Shown: positions 24,900 through 39,125 of the stretch, piece after piece
Numbering within the stretch: position 1 is the first letter of the stretch
Layout of the letters: each line of letters opens with the position of its first letter
NCBI RefSeq assembly: GCF_964194155.1
Contig: NC_135900.1
Span: 49,042,001-49,106,000 of the forward strand
From: Cetorhinus maximus
Lineage: Eukaryota
Direction of reading: 5' to 3'
Length of the DNA: 64,000 bases
Notes under the pieces: generated by a model
Database searches by the model: none
Told to the model about the DNA's origin: nothing
The model's input: only the letters and a program-made list of their open reading frames with translations
Translations under genes and position numbers: made by a program

Positions 24900-27800
24900 T
24901 ATAGGAACATAGGAACAGGAGAAGGCCATTCAGTATGTCGAGCCTGCTCCACCATTCAATACGATCATGACTGATCGAACACTTCAATGCTTTTTACCCA
25001 CATTATTCCCAAAACTCTTTAAGTTATTGTTAATCAGAAATCTATCAATCCATACCTTAAACATGCTCAATGACTGAGCTTACATAGCCCTCTGGGGTAG
25101 AGAATTCCAAAGATTCACAACCCTCTGAATAAAGAAATTTTACCTCATCTCAGTCCTTAGTGGCTTCCCCCTTATTTTGAAATTGTGTCCCCTGGTTCTA
25201 AACTCCACAACCAGGGGAAACATCTTACCTGCATCTACCCCTTTAAGTATTTTGTAGATTTCAATGAGATCACCTCTCATTCTTCGAAATCCTAGAGAAT
25301 ATAGGCCCAGTTTCCCCAATCTCTCTTCATAAGACAGTCCCTTCATCCCTGGAACAAGTCTGGTGAACCTTCGTTGCACTCCCTCTATGGCAATAATATC
25401 CTTTCTGAGGTAAGGGGACCAAAACTGCACACACTACTCCAGGTGTGGTCTAACCAAGCTTCTATACAATTGAAGCAAGACTTTACTACTCCTGTACTCA
25501 AAACCTCTTGCGATAAAGGCTAACATTCCATTAGCCTTCCTAATTGCCTGCTGCACCTGCATTTTAGCTTTCAGTGACTTATGGACAAGGACACCCAGGT
25601 CCCTTTGTACATCTACACTTTCTAATCTCTTACCATTTAGGAAATACTCTGCACATCTGTTCCTTCTAAGAAAGTGGATAACCTCACATTTTTCCACATT
25701 ATATTCCATCTACCATGTTCTTACCCACTGACTAAGTCTGTCCAAATCCTCCTGTAGCGGCTTTACATCTTCCTCACAACTCACATTCTCGCCTAGCTTT
25801 GTATCATCCGCGAACTTGGAAATATTACATTTGGTCCCCACATCCAAATAATTGATAATGTATTGTGAACAGCTGGGGCCCAAGTACTGATCCTTGCGGG
25901 ACCCCGCTAGTCACAGTCTGCCAATGAGTGAACAACTCATTTATTCCTACTCTCTGTTTTCTGCCTGTTAGCCAATCCTTAATCCATGCCAGTATATTGC
26001 CTCCTATTCCATGTGCTTTTATTTTGCTAAACAACCCCCTGTGAGGTTTTATCAAAAGCCTTCTGAAAATCCAAGTATATTATGTCAATCGACTCTCCTT
26101 TATCAATTTTGTTAGTAACATCCTCAAAAAACTCCAAGTTCATCAAACATGATTTCCCATTCACAAATCCATGCTGACTATGCCCAATAAGATTATGATT
26201 GTCCAAGTATCCATTTATCACATCCTTTATAATAGATTCTAACATTTTCCCGACTACTGATGTAAGGCTAACAGGTCTGTAGTTCCCTGTTTTCTCTCTT
26301 CCTCCCTTATTAAATAGTGGGGTGACATTTGTTACCTTCTAATCTTCAGGAACCATTCCAGAATCTATAGAATTTTGGAAAATGATCACCAATGCATCCA
26401 CTATCTCTATAGCAATCACTTTCAACACTCTGGGATGCAGAATATCAGGTCCTGGGGGCTTATCAACTTTCAGTCCCATTAATTTCTCCAATACAAACTT
26501 CTTACTGATACTAATTTCCTTCAACTCCTCATTTTCCCTAGTTCCTTGGATCTCTAAATCTGGGAGATTTCCTGTATCTTCCTCAGTGAAAATATACACA
26601 AAGTAATCATTTAGCTTCTCTGCCATTTCTCTATTCCCCATTGTGAATTCTCCTGACTCTGCCTGTAATGGACCCACATTTGTCTTAGCCAAATGCTTCC
26701 TTTTTACATATCTATAGAAGTTTATACAGTCCAGCTTATGTTTTTTGCTAGAGTGCATTCATATTCTATTCTCTCTTTCTTTACCAGTTTCTTGGTCTTC
26801 CTTTGCTGTATTCTAAAAACCTGCCAATCCTCAGGCTTACTACTACTTCTGGCAACTTTATAAGCCTTTTCTTTTAATCTTATACAATCCTTAACTTCCT
26901 TTGTCAGCCACAGTTGACTGATTTTTTTGGATTTTTGCACCTTGAAGGAATGTATAGGTGCTGTAAGCTATGTAATAGTTCTTTGAGAACTATCCATTGC
27001 CTATGTACAGTCATAGCTTTTAATGTATTTTCCCAATCCACCTCTGCCAATTTGTCCCTCATGCCTTCATAATTTCCTTTATTCAACTTTAACACACTTG
27101 CTTCACCTCACTTTCTAACATAATGTAAAATTCTATCATATTGTGGACACTTCCCCCTAAAGGTTCTTTTACAAAAAGATTATTAATTAGCCCTTTTTCA
27201 TTACATAACACTAAATCTAAAATAGCCTGTCCTCTCGTCGGCTCCTCAACATACTGCTCTAAAAAACCATCCCTAACACACTCCAGAAACTCGTCTTCCA
27301 CAGCATTAGTGCTCAATTGGTTTACCCAGTCTATATGCAGATCGAAGTCACCCATGATTATGTATTGCCCATGCTACATGCTTCTCTCATCTCCTGATTA
27401 ATACCATGCCCACATTACCACCACTGTTTGGTGGTCGATAAACAACTCCAACCAATGTCTGCTGCCCTTTGCTGTTTCTTAGCTCCACCCAAACAGATTC
27501 CACACATTGTTCTTCTGGTCTGAGGTCCTCCCTTACTAATGCACTGATCCCATCCCTTATTATCAGCGTAACTCCATCTCCTTTCCCTTCTTGTCTGTCC
27601 TTTCTAAAAGTTGAATGTCCTTGAATATTCAGTTCCCAGCCTTGGTCACCATGCAGCCACGTTTCTGCTATGGCAATTATATCATACCCATTTAACTCTA
27701 TTTGTGCTTTTAGATAATCTACCTTATTGCAAATGCTGCACACATTCAGGTAGAGTGCCCTTACTTTGTTTTATTGACATCATTTTGCATTTGAAGCATA

Positions 27801-28210
27801 CTCAATGCTCTGCTTTGTTTCTCCTGCCTTCTAGTCTCACTACTACTTCCTGTTACCAACTTTACTTTCTTCCAATTTGGGCCACCCCTAAGTTCCCACC
27901 TCCCCCAACAAGCTAGTTTAAACCCACCCCAACAGCACTAGCAAATCTCCCTGTAAGTATATCAGTCCCAGTCCTGTTAAGATGTAACCCATCCAGATTG
28001 TACAGGTCCCAATGCCCCAGGAATCTGATGCCCTCCCTCCTACACCAGTCCTCCTGCCACGTATTTAATCAACCTATCCTCCTATTCCTATGCACACCAG
28101 CACGTGGCATTGGGAGTAATCCTGAGATTACTGTTCTTGAGGTCCTGCTTTTTCATTTCCTTCCCAACTCCCAAATTCTGCTTTCAGTGCCTCATCCCTC
28201 TTCCTACCTT
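24900..28210 (-). mobile_element. CR1 LINE, near full length (esterase C-terminus, APE, RT, tail)
   Basis: (ATAGGAAC)n tail at 24901. ORFs with GVPQGSVLGP, YLDFQKAFDK, GVVYRPPN and AETWL. DGLHL esterase motif at about 27990. Confidence 0.95.
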
Positions 28211-28387
28211 TCAATAAGAAAGAGTGCAGTCCTTTTGTCAGGCAGAAAAAGGGCATTATCTGCTTGTCCAATATTTTAGATGACACACCAACAAGTTGTA
28301 CCACAGCCAGGTCAAATGGTTTTCAGTTCCCAGCATTTCCAAAATATATAATTTAATCCCTATGAAATCCTTGAATTTTATTCTATT

Positions 28388-28596
28388 CCCCAGTGTGCAG
28401 TGGAGGCTGGGTCATTGAATATATTGAAGGCTGAGTTAGACAGATTTTTGATTGACAACTGAGTCAAGGATTATGGGGGATTGGCAGGAAAGTGGTGTTA
28501 AGGCCACAATCAGATCAGCCATGAGCCTATTAAACAATGGAGCAGGTTCAGTGCACTGAATGGTCTACTCCTGCTCATGTTTCTTATGATCTTATA
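28388..28596 (+). mobile_element. CR1 3' end fragment
   Basis: GGAGGCTGGGTCATTGAATATA...GGTCTACTCCTGCTC...TCTTATGATCTTAT tail. Confidence 0.8.
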
Positions 28597-29590
28597 ACTT
28601 TTTCCCCTATTTTCCCAACAATACAACTATTTTCTCCTGGAAATAAAGGGGTGTTCATGTTTGCAATTATGTTTCATGAAATATTGAAATTTGTTTCCTT
28701 TTTGAGTTAATATACATGAGCAAAGATAAATCTTGAACATTTTGAAGAATATCTATGGAAAGGATTGGAGCACAAAGAGGGCTGTTGTTTGATGTAATAA
28801 GGCAAGATGTGTGAAAGGCTGTGATTCTATTAAAACTATTACTTCTTATTACCCCTATAATCCAAGTATCAATTTTGTTCTACATTTTTAGTAGTTGTTG
28901 CATACATATCATCTTAGGGAACCAGCAAAAAAAACTGACCAATAATTAAAAAACTTGACACCAAAAAAAAATGACAGCCCCAAAACAGCCATGCCTTATA
29001 GTAAATGAAAACAAAGAGTTCAATGAAAAGTGGAATTTGGGCTTGTCGTAACTGCAGGTGTACCCAACATCTCATTATTTTTGTGGCAGAGAAAAGAGCA
29101 CACCACACTTTGCAGCAGTGGTGAATTGGGAGATGACTGAGGCTGAATGTGAGTGCCAGTGTAAGAGCGGAGTGAATGTGAGTCTTGAATTCATGATCCA
29201 GCAGGTAATCAGGACATGCCCCACACCAGTAAAGGTTCTTATCTTTTCTGACATTTTGAAGTCTAATCTAATTCTGCCTATCACAATAAATTACTTCTCC
29301 TAGGAAGATAACATATTTTAAATATTAAGAATATAGTTTGTAGGGACTTAAGGCTTTCACTGGAAGTTTAGGTTCTGATGTTATTTTGTGAACTGAAAGC
29401 TTCTGCAACTTGTACCTGCAGTAATCCTATTAACAGTGGATTTCACATTCAAGAGGAAAAACTGAGGCATTACCACCTAGTCACTACCCCAGATTCCAGA
29501 TCCAATGGCAGTCCAGAGGCAGGTGGGGTATTACTTAATTTTATAATATGCTCATAAAGCAACTTCAGGAGGGGTTAGACTGAGTCAAAT

Positions 29591-30787
29591 GACTGGATTT
29601 TCATCCTATAGGTGGGTAGTAGTAGTCAGGAAATTTCCCAATTTGTCAAAGCCGCCCCGGGAGAAAGTGCCCACAAAGATTTTCATTACAAGAGGGTGGG
29701 TGTGGGCTGCAGTCAGGTCAGTAGACTCAGGAAAGAGCTTGGAGGCAGCCACAGAGTCTGTCAAGTGCTGAAGCGGGCTGGTTAAAAGGCTTGCCTTGGC
29801 ACTGTGGGACTTTGTCCCAGTTATAATGGAAAAAGTAAGGCCCTTCAGCCCTCAACACTCACAGTCTTCGGCACACACACTCCCATGCCTCATCCATGAC
29901 ACCTTATGTCCCTTTGGCCACCCCCCACCATGGTCTCTCAAACCCCTGTGCCAAGGTATGCCCCCTACCATCTGCTATGGCCCCTCAAACCCCCATGCCA
30001 ATGTATGCAACCACCCAACCCCCCATGCCTAGTATGGCACTTCCATGCTCATGCCCATTAGCACTCTAATGGATCCCTGGGCTCTCAACCAAGGATACAT
30101 AATGAGGCTTGGCTGAGAGCCCAGAAATCCATTAGCCTGTTGAAACACTTGAGTCCAAGGGAAAACATTGCTTGATTGACAGCTCATGCTCTCTGATCTA
30201 TGCTGTCAATTGCACAGTGTTTATTAACACAAGATAAAGAGGTTTCATGTGCTTGCAGTTTCTGCTATCGATAATTTAAAAGGTCTAGATGATTGACACT
30301 TTTGGCCTGTAGTAAAAAGGAATTTTTTTTTAAAGTGGAAAGTTATGAATGACTTTAAAGCTTATTTTTTTTACACACCCTACTGTAACTATAGCATTCA
30401 ATGGCTCTATACAGTGTATAGTGGGTGAATGGGAATGTAAATGCCATAGCTTGGCATGGGGGCATGAGGAGGAACTTAATTTCAAAACTTTTCCTCATGC
30501 AAAAGGTGGTTCATGGCACCTCTGAGATGCTGTGAACAGCAACTCTTTGAAAAGCTGGCCTGACACGATGAAAATTGCAGAGGACTAGGACGTGCCTATC
30601 CCCGCTATGGAACCGGCCAGGTTGAGAATGCAGGGTGTGGGCTCGTGACCCGAACCAGCCCACATCCTTAAAAGGCTCTGGTGAAAATCCGAAACTCTGG
30701 GAACAGGGTCAGGAATCCTGGAATCAGGTCCCGGAAGCCAATTTTAAAGATCTGCGGAATCTCCCTGGCTCCATGAAAATCCAAGCC
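29591..30787. mobile_element. Old non-autonomous TIR element (PIF/Harbinger-like)
   Basis: Terminal GACTGGATTTTCAT ... ATGAAAATCCAAGCC inverted repeats; flanks AAT/AGT. TIR resembles that of the MITEs at 59225 and 60019. Confidence 0.45.
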
Positions 30788-30872
30788 AGTGTCACTGAAA
30801 TAAAATCCTAGATCGAAGTTCAAAAACTAACACTTAAACATTAACCTGTCATTTCCAAACTTAGAGTCAATT

Positions 30873-31035
30873 CCGTTATGTGGAGAGACTAGAGAAGCTT
30901 GGTCTGTTCTTCTTAGAGCAGAGAAAAGTTAGAGGAGATTGGATAGAAATATTCAAAATCATGAAGGGTTTTGATGCAGTAAATAAAGAGAGACTGTTTC
31001 CAGAAGGATCAATAACCAGACAACACAGAGTGATG
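30873..31035 (+). mobile_element. CR1 fragment
   Basis: ERLEKLGLFFLEQRKVRGDWIEIFKIMKGFD. Confidence 0.8.
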
Positions 31036-31049
31036 TGGATAAAAAGAAA

Positions 31050-31495
31050 GAGAAATAGGAAGACTTACATTAATGTAACCCCTCCCCCATCACATCACTT
31101 AGTAATTCCTCAAAGCTCTTTGATTATAATGAATCATTTTGAAGTACAGTGACTTAGGCTGGAAAATTAGACTGCCAGTTTACACCCAGCTGGATCCTAA
31201 AATCACAGTGAATAACCAGTTTTTGCATTTTTGGTGGTGTCGTTTGAGGAAAGCACATTTGTTGAGACAGCTTCCTGCTCTTCTTCAAATAGTACACTGT
31301 GATCTTTAGCATCTAGCTGAAACATTGGAACAGACAGGGAGGGCACTCTTTAATACCTCATGCAAAGAAGAAGTTATTGACAATACAGCACTCCCTTGGT
31401 ACTACCTGCAGTGTCAACATAAATTATGTGCTCAAGTCCTGAAGTGGGGCTAGACCAAATAACCTATTGACTCAAGAGACAAAGATTGAGCCAGA
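31050..31495 (-). mobile_element. Old Deu-domain SINE copy
   Basis: CTGCTCTTCTTCAAATAGT...CAGCACTCCCTTGGTACT...ATTATGTGCTCAAGTC, colinear with 3872-4336. Confidence 0.7.
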
Positions 31496-32279
31496 AGGTC
31501 AAACAGGCATTCACTAGACAATATTATTCCTCAGGTTGAATCTACCAATTAATACACAAGTGACACAATTGCAAATGCATGTCAACATTGGTTCCACCCA
31601 TTAGGTAAATATTCTGTGCAACACATAGTTTGTGTCAATTCTGTGACTACAAATAAAAGCCTCATTAAACTCATCAAATAATTTCAATCATGAAGCAATG
31701 GTGTTCAGATAACTTCTTTTATATAAGATCATATACAAACTGTTAGACTAGCATTTAAAAATGAGATGTAAAACACATTTTTGTGATGTTTGCCATCTTA
31801 ATTAATATTGCCAACATTCCCATGGCTGAGTCATTGCCTATCCTTTGCTGAATACATTTACCTGTTTCAAATGTTTTTGAAGAGGTTTTATGCCTTTTTA
31901 AAAAAAATCCTAGAAAGTCATCTTTCCATAATTCCCTAATCTTTAATTAAAAGTTTTCATAATTGATGTAAAATGATCACATAAATTTTTGAGTGTACGT
32001 TTGTAAAAATGAACACCGCCTGAAGTTTCTATGTATGTGCTAATATTCATTTTAAGCAGTGCATGAAAAAATATTCAGACTCTCACAAGCATAATGGGAT
32101 AATAAAATGAAATATTGGACTTACTTAATTTCTTCATCTAGTCATTTAATATATTTAACAAATCCTTTCTGTCACATGCATTGGACTGGCATTTACAAAA
32201 CAAATACTCTTTGAAGATATACTGCAGATAACAAGCTGAGGATTGAATCAGCTAATTGCAAGTTGGCAGATTTCTCTTA

Positions 32280-33320
32280 CCATAAAGAATGTCATTTGGC
32301 CCATCTTCCCATAGAAACTTATAGTTCCCACATCACAGCATCTGACTAGCTCTCAAATAACTCAAAATTATAGAAGGTTAACTTAGAATAATATCAGTCA
32401 TTGCAGTTTCCAGGAACTTGCTTGATTGACTTTGGAGTTTTGATATAAATTTCCCAGTTTTTCTTCCTAGATTGGCTAAAGGATTTTTTTTTTTGGGTCC
32501 GTGTTTTTGCCTCTCCAAGACCATTGCTTCACTTGGAAGATGAAATGGGGTTGGTGCAATGTGTAAATTGCACCATGTCAGAATGGGACATGTTTGATGA
32601 GCAAGTTGGACTTTTCTTGTCCTTTTTCATGTGTATGTATTCTGGTGTTTTGGCCTCACTATGAAATGACCATTCCAGGTAATGATCATGTTTGTCATGA
32701 AGTAATTAACTGCATCAGTCCTAAACTTGCTATTTGGTTGTTTGCCTTCATATCTTCTTGTCCAGCATTTTCTATTCTGCATAGTATTCTATATATTTCC
32801 ATCAGGTCTCCTCTTAGTCTTTCTTCCAGAGAAAAGATGTCCAGCCTACTCAATTTTTCCTGATAGTTACATCCTTTAAATTCTGGTAATATTCTTATAA
32901 ATATTTTCTGCACTTTCTCCAGTCTCTCTCAACCTCTCTATTATCTCCTCATAACTTGTTCTGGTATTGTCTTAGTGAATCTCTTCTGTACTCTCTATGG
33001 TCATGACATCCTTCCTGAAGTAAGGTACACAAAATATTCTAACTGCGGCCTCACCATTGATTTGTACAAGTTCATCATCTCTTTGCTTGACCTATTAACT
33101 AAAATAATTTCTGCTTTTCTATTTCTTTTGAAATGTTACCATTTAGTCTGTTTGTCTTCTTTAATCTTTATTAAAAATCTATAACTTGCCATTTCTCCAC
33201 ATCAAATTTCATCTGGCATTTACTTCCCCAATCTTCGTCCTCCTGAAATCACTTAAATCTGTATTTTTGTATGATCTACAAACTTTGATATTGTGCCCTT
33301 TATTACCTAAATTTTATATC
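32280..33320 (-). mobile_element. Highly diverged CR1 fragments
   Basis: ORF 32695..32913 (NYQEKLSRLDIFSLEERLRGDLMEIYRIL). Confidence 0.65.
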
Positions 33321-33329
33321 CAAATCTGG

Positions 33330-36300
33330 TGTTTCTCTGGTTGACATAATGCGTAAAGTGTGTCAGTGTAGTGGGTTGTGTGTAGTGGTTAGTTTGCTTG
33401 TCAACACTTGCTTTCAGCTCTTATCACTGGCTAATGGTAGCTAACAGTACAAATATTGCAAAGAGAGCCAGGTGCATATGCCTATCCCTACCAGTACATA
33501 GGGCTTGCTGATGAAGAGCCTAAGTAGCGCCTCCCCGTGGCAACATACATAAAGTGGGTACCAGGCTAAACTACAGGGGATTCGGAGGAGGCCCTGCCTC
33601 CAGACATATGGCATGCAGGCCCACCAGCGTGTGGTTGAGTGCTCATGAACCAGACCCCCTGCTATATGTAAATAGCCTCATGACTTGTAGGTGTCTTTGG
33701 AGAGAAGAATGCCTAGGGAGTAAACCTCAACAGAAAATCTGGATTGAAGTTCCACAGGCAGTTACTTGTCAATTATCAGGCAGCCTTCCAGCAACACCTG
33801 CAACAGAGCTGGTACCAAACAATACTGGTTTTATCCTTTCCTTTGAACAATACTAGTAATGCTGAGAAGAGGGCAGCGGGGAGGGGGAGGCCGTGGGGGA
33901 GGGGTGGGGAGGTGGGGGTGGGGTGGGTGAGGAAGGGGGAAGTGTCCCGATGCTGGGGCAACTCAGTGTCTCCAAATTATTTGCTCAGGGCTCTGCCCAG
34001 GAGAGGATACTCCAGCTTTGTGGTTTAATATTGGCACAACACAGAAAGAAAAACAGTTACTGGCTATAAGCTCTCACTCTATTGCTTTAGAGTATGAGGC
34101 CGAGAGTTGCTTCTGAGGGTGGGACAGATCATTACGTCTCATTGGATAGCTACCACCTGCCCCAAGCTGGGCATTCCCTAATTAGGTGCTGTCCTGCCAG
34201 GGCCTGCTTGCATCAATGCTTGGAGCTTAGATTGGCGGGTCAATAATCTACGCACCAGGAAAGGCAGACTCAGCAAAGACAACACCAGGTTTTTGCACCG
34301 TGCGTCCTGGCCTTACTGATGACTTTCTGCAGGTTGGTGACGCATGCAAAACAGCTGTGATTGACAAAGATCTTACAAAGCTCAATGTGGTCATTGCTGC
34401 ACTACAAAAAACTAGGCTCACTCAAAGTGACCCTTTAAAGAGAAATACGACACATTCTTCTGGAAAGGGAAAGCCCAGTGGCAACATGAGAACATGGAGT
34501 GGGCTTCAAGTAAAAAAACACGCTCCTTGCAATGATTGAACCCCACCCCCACACAGAAGATTCAGAGAGACTCTTAGCCTGTCAATAAGTGTGGGCCCAC
34601 TTAGTCTCATGTGCATCAATGCCCTGACACTCACCTCCATCCGAGATGTCAAGAATCAGTTCTGTAAGACAACTGACATTACCATTTGCAGAATTCCCAG
34701 CACCAAGGCACTAAACGAAAGGAATTCAACGCAAGGGTAGGTACTGACTAAACAGCTTGGTCAACTTGCACAGTGCATCAGGGATTCAGCAAGATGAAAG
34801 AAAATGTACAGAGGTTGCTGAAGCTATGCTGTTACCATCGACTTTGTATGACAAACAGCTACTTCCAAACCAAGCCACAATGTGTCCTGGAGACATCAGA
34901 GATCATGCCACTGGCACCAGCTAGACCTTATCATCACCACCATCAACTGTGTCTTTATCACTCACAGATATCACAGTGCTGACTGTGACACTGACCAGTC
35001 CCTGGTGTGCACAAGGTCAGGTTTCAGCCAAGGAAGCTATACCACTCCAAGAAAAATGATTGTCTTCGAGTCAACACTTGCCGTACCAGTAACCTGAAAG
35101 GACCCAGAAATTCTTCAACATCCTCGATCAGGTTCTCTCAATGCCAGAGTGAAATGTCAAAGTGGAATCATCTGCGCAGCGCCATTTATAATAGTCATAG
35201 TCATAGAGTCATAGAGGTCTACAGCACAGGAAAAGGCCCTTCGGCCCATCGAGTCTGCGCCGGTCAAACAAGTACCTAACTATTCTAATCCCATTTTCCA
35301 GCACTAGGCCCATAGCCTTGTATGCCATGGCATCGCAAGTGCACATCCAAATACTTCTTAAATGTTATGAGAGTTTCTGCCTCTACCACCCTTTCAGGCA
35401 GAGAGTTCACCCTCTGGGTGAAAAAATTCTTCCTCACATCCCCTCTAAACCTCCTGCCCCTTACCTTAAATCTATGCCCCCTGGTTATTGATCCCTCCAC
35501 CAAGGGGAAAAGTTCCTTCCTGTCTACCCTATCTATGTCCCTCATAATTTTATACACCTCAATCATGTCCCCTCTCAATCTCCTCTGCTCCAAGGAAAAT
35601 AACTCGGTCTATCCAATCTCTCCTCATAACTAAAACTCTCTAGCCCAAGCAAAATCCTGGTAAATCTCCTCTGCACTCTCTCTAGTGCAATAACTTTACA
35701 CTCACTGCGTATGGGAAAAGAGCTCAGAGGAATGATGACCGGTTTGAGGCTTATTGGACTAAAATGGACTCAGTTATTGCAACCAAGAGGACAGCCCTCA
35801 TGAACTGCAAGCAAGTCTCCAGCAAACAAAACCTAGATGCTCTCAGAGCTGCCAGAAACAATTCTCAGCAGACTGCTCGGCACTGCGCCAATCAATACTG
35901 GTTGAAACTCTGCAGCAGCATACAATCTGCTGCTGAATCTGGTGATGCTAGAGGGATGTATAAATGAATTAAGAAAGCAACTGGCCCAGCAGCAAACAAA
36001 TCAGCCTCCTTGAAGACAAAGACAGAGGTGATCATCACTGAACCTAGCAAGCAGATGGAAAGGTAACTTTATGCAATGAAGAATGTTCTCACTGAAGAAG
36101 AAGTTCTCAGCCTATTCCAGACTTCCCTGTCACAGAGGAGCTGAACAGTGAGCTCACCATAGTAGAGCTCAACAAGGCCATCAACCGTCTTGCCAGTAGT
36201 AATGCCCCTGTAAATGATGGCATTCCACATGAAATCATTAAAAGTGGAAAACTCCTTCAGCATAGCCATGAAGTTTTGTGTCTCTGCTGGAAGGAAAGAT

Positions 36301-37860
36301 GTGTGCCTCAAGACATGCATTTTGCAAACATAGTCACCTTGTACAAAAACAAGGGGAAAATCACAGTGACTGCAACAGTTACAGGGGCATCTCCTTGTCA
36401 AGTATTGTGGGGAAGGTCTTTGCTTGTGTTGCTCTGATCAGAATGCAGACCCTGGCATCACACATCTATCCTGAGCCTCAGTGCGGCTTCAGAGCTGGCA
36501 GATCCACAGTGGACATAACTTTCTCACTTCAGGAGAAGTGCTGCAAACAGCACAGACCACATTGCCTTCAGAGACCTCACCAAGACCTTTGACCTCGTTA
36601 GCAGAGACTGACTCTTCAAACTGCTGCGGAAAATAAGCTGCCCTCCTGGACGTCATTTCTTCTTTCCATGAGAACAAGCACTTTTCCGTCAGTTGCAATG
36701 CAGCAACATCAGACAGTTTCAAGATCAGCAGTGGAGTAAACCAAGGGTGCTGCATCCTGGTGCCAACTCTCTTTGGCACATTCTTCTCCGTGCTGCTATT
36801 GTACATTCGGTAACTCAAATGAGGGGATCTCTCTGCATACCAGAGCTGATGGCAAACTGTTCAACTTGGCAAGACTGCATGCCAAAGGCAAAGTATTTAA
36901 AGTCCCCATTTGTGAGCTGCTGTTTGCTCATGATGCCACACTGACATCCTAAACTGAAGTTCACTTGCAGCAGCTTGTAGATTGGTCCTGCTGGGCCTGC
37001 AAGGAGTTTGGACTAACAATCTGCATCAGGAAGACCAAAGTTATGTGCCAGGATGTAGAGACTCTACCTTCCACCAACAACAACCACCTCATTCTGGAGT
37101 TTGTCGGAAGTTTCACATACCATGGATCGACAATCACCAACAACCTGTCTCTTGATGCCAAAATTAGCACCAGGATTGCCAAGGCCGCAGTTACATTTCA
37201 AAATTGTGAAGGCATGTTGAACCAACAGTAAAGGATCTGAAAATATAAAGCTCCATGTGTACCAGACTTGTGTTCTCAGTGCCCTCCTTTGCAGTAGCAA
37301 GGCATGGACAATTTATACAAGCCAAGCAAAGCTGCACAGCTTCCGCCTCTGCTGTCTCAGATGAATATTGGGCATCTCCTGGCGAGGCAGAGTGCTGAAT
37401 ATGGATGTACACCAGCATACAGAAATCACTACCATGTTTGCCCTCTTAAATCAGCGGTAACTCCGTTGGCTGAGTCATATGCACCAAATCGATGACAGCT
37501 GCATTCCCAAAGACATGCTCTGTGGCAAGCTTGCTATCGGCACGAGACTAACTGGTCTCCCCCACATCTGCGATGTGAAGCCATCTGCAAGCAAGACCTC
37601 AGAGTTGATGCATAAGAAGTCCTTGCTGCTGACTAGAGTGCCTGGTGACAAACAGTCAGGAAGGGTGTGGAAAAAGCAGAGAACAAGAGAAATGTCCAGA
37701 TGGCGGAAAAGAGAACCTGGTGGAAGGGAAAAAAAAATCAGTTGCCATCGGGCCAATGTTATTCATTTGTGCCAGCTGTGGAAGGGGATTGCCACTCGTG
37801 AGTTGGCCTCCACAGCCACAACAGACGACCTTCAATCCAAAAGTGACATACATGCGGATG
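33330..37860 (+). mobile_element. RTE-clade LINE, near full length, degraded
   Basis: APE motifs (IAALQKTRL, HWHQLDLII, DCDTDQSLV), RT (NSYRGISLSSIVGKVFA, QCGFRAGRSTVD, SFTYHGSTI) and a C-terminal FICASCGR zinc finger. Long putative 5'UTR. Confidence 0.9.
35192..35690 (-). mobile_element. Young 5'-truncated CR1 inserted in the RTE
   Basis: (TCATAG)n tail; ORF 35285..35593 (RRLRGDMIEVYKIMR...FFTQRV). Confidence 0.93.
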
Positions 37861-39125
37861 CCAAACAAACTTTTATTCTACTCACTTGGCAATACAGCTT
37901 AGTGTTCTGGAAAAACTCAGCAGGTCTGGCAGCATCGGCAGAGAAGAAAAGAGTTGATGTCCTCATGACTCTTCAGCAGAACTGAGTAAAGTTAGGAGAG
38001 GGGTGAAATATAAGCTGGTTTAAGGTGGGAGGTGGGGTTGGGGGAGAGAAGTTTGGGGGGGGTGGTGGTAGTAGGGACAAGCAAGCAGTGATAGGAGCAG
38101 ATAATCAAAAGATGTTACAGACAAAGGAACAAAGACGTGTTAAAGGTGGTGATATTATCTAAGAGAATGTGCTAATTAAGAATGGATGGCAGGACACTCA
38201 AGGTACAGCTCCAGTGGGGGTGGGGTGGAAAGACTGACAGGGCATTACAGTATAGATTTAAAAATAATGGAAATAGGTGGGAAAAGAAAAATCTATATAA
38301 ATTATTGGAAAAAAACAAAAGGGAGGGGGAAGAAATGGAAAGGGGGTGGGGATGGAGGATGGAGTTCAAGATCTAAAGTTATTGAATTCAATATTCAGTC
38401 CAGAAGACTGTAAAGTGCCTAGTCGGAAGATGAAGTGCTGTTCCTCCAATTTGCGTTGGGCTTCACTGGAACAATGCAGCAAGCCAAGGACAGACATGTG
38501 GGCAAGAGAGCAAGAGAGTGGAGTGTTAAAATGGCAAGCGACAGGGAGGTTTGGGTCTTTCTTGCGGACAGAGCGCAGGTGTTCTACAAAGCGGTCGCCC
38601 AGTTTACGTTTGGTCTCTCCAATGTAGAGGAGACCGCATTGGGAGCAACGAGTGCAGTAGACTAAGTTAGGGGAAATGCAAGTGAAATGCTGCTTCACTT
38701 GAAAGGAGTGTTTGGGCCCTTGGACGGTGAGGAGAGAGTAAGTGAAGAGGCAGGTGTTGCATCTTCTGCGTGGGCATGGGGAGGTGCCATAGGTGGGGGT
38801 TGAGGAGTAGGGGGTGATGGAGGAGTGGACCAGTGTGTCACGGAGGGAACGATCCCTACGGAATGCCGCCAGGGGGGGTGAAGGGAAGATGTGTTTGGTG
38901 GTGGCATCATGCTGGAGTTGGCGGAAATGGCAGAGGATGATCCTTTGAATGCGGAGGCTGGTGGGGTGATAAGTGAGGACAAGGGGGACCCTATCATGTT
39001 TCTGGGAGGGAGGAGAAGGCGTGAGGGCTGATGCGTGGGAGATGGGCCGGACACGGTTGAGGGCCCTGTCAACGACCGTGGGTGGAAAACCTCGGTTAAG
39101 GAACTCCTTCTTCCTTCTCCTTTCT

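Noticed and set aside
33508-33520. CTGATGAAGAG as a hammerhead core
   Set aside because: No downstream GAAA/stem II in the right position; the region fits an HDV-like layout better.
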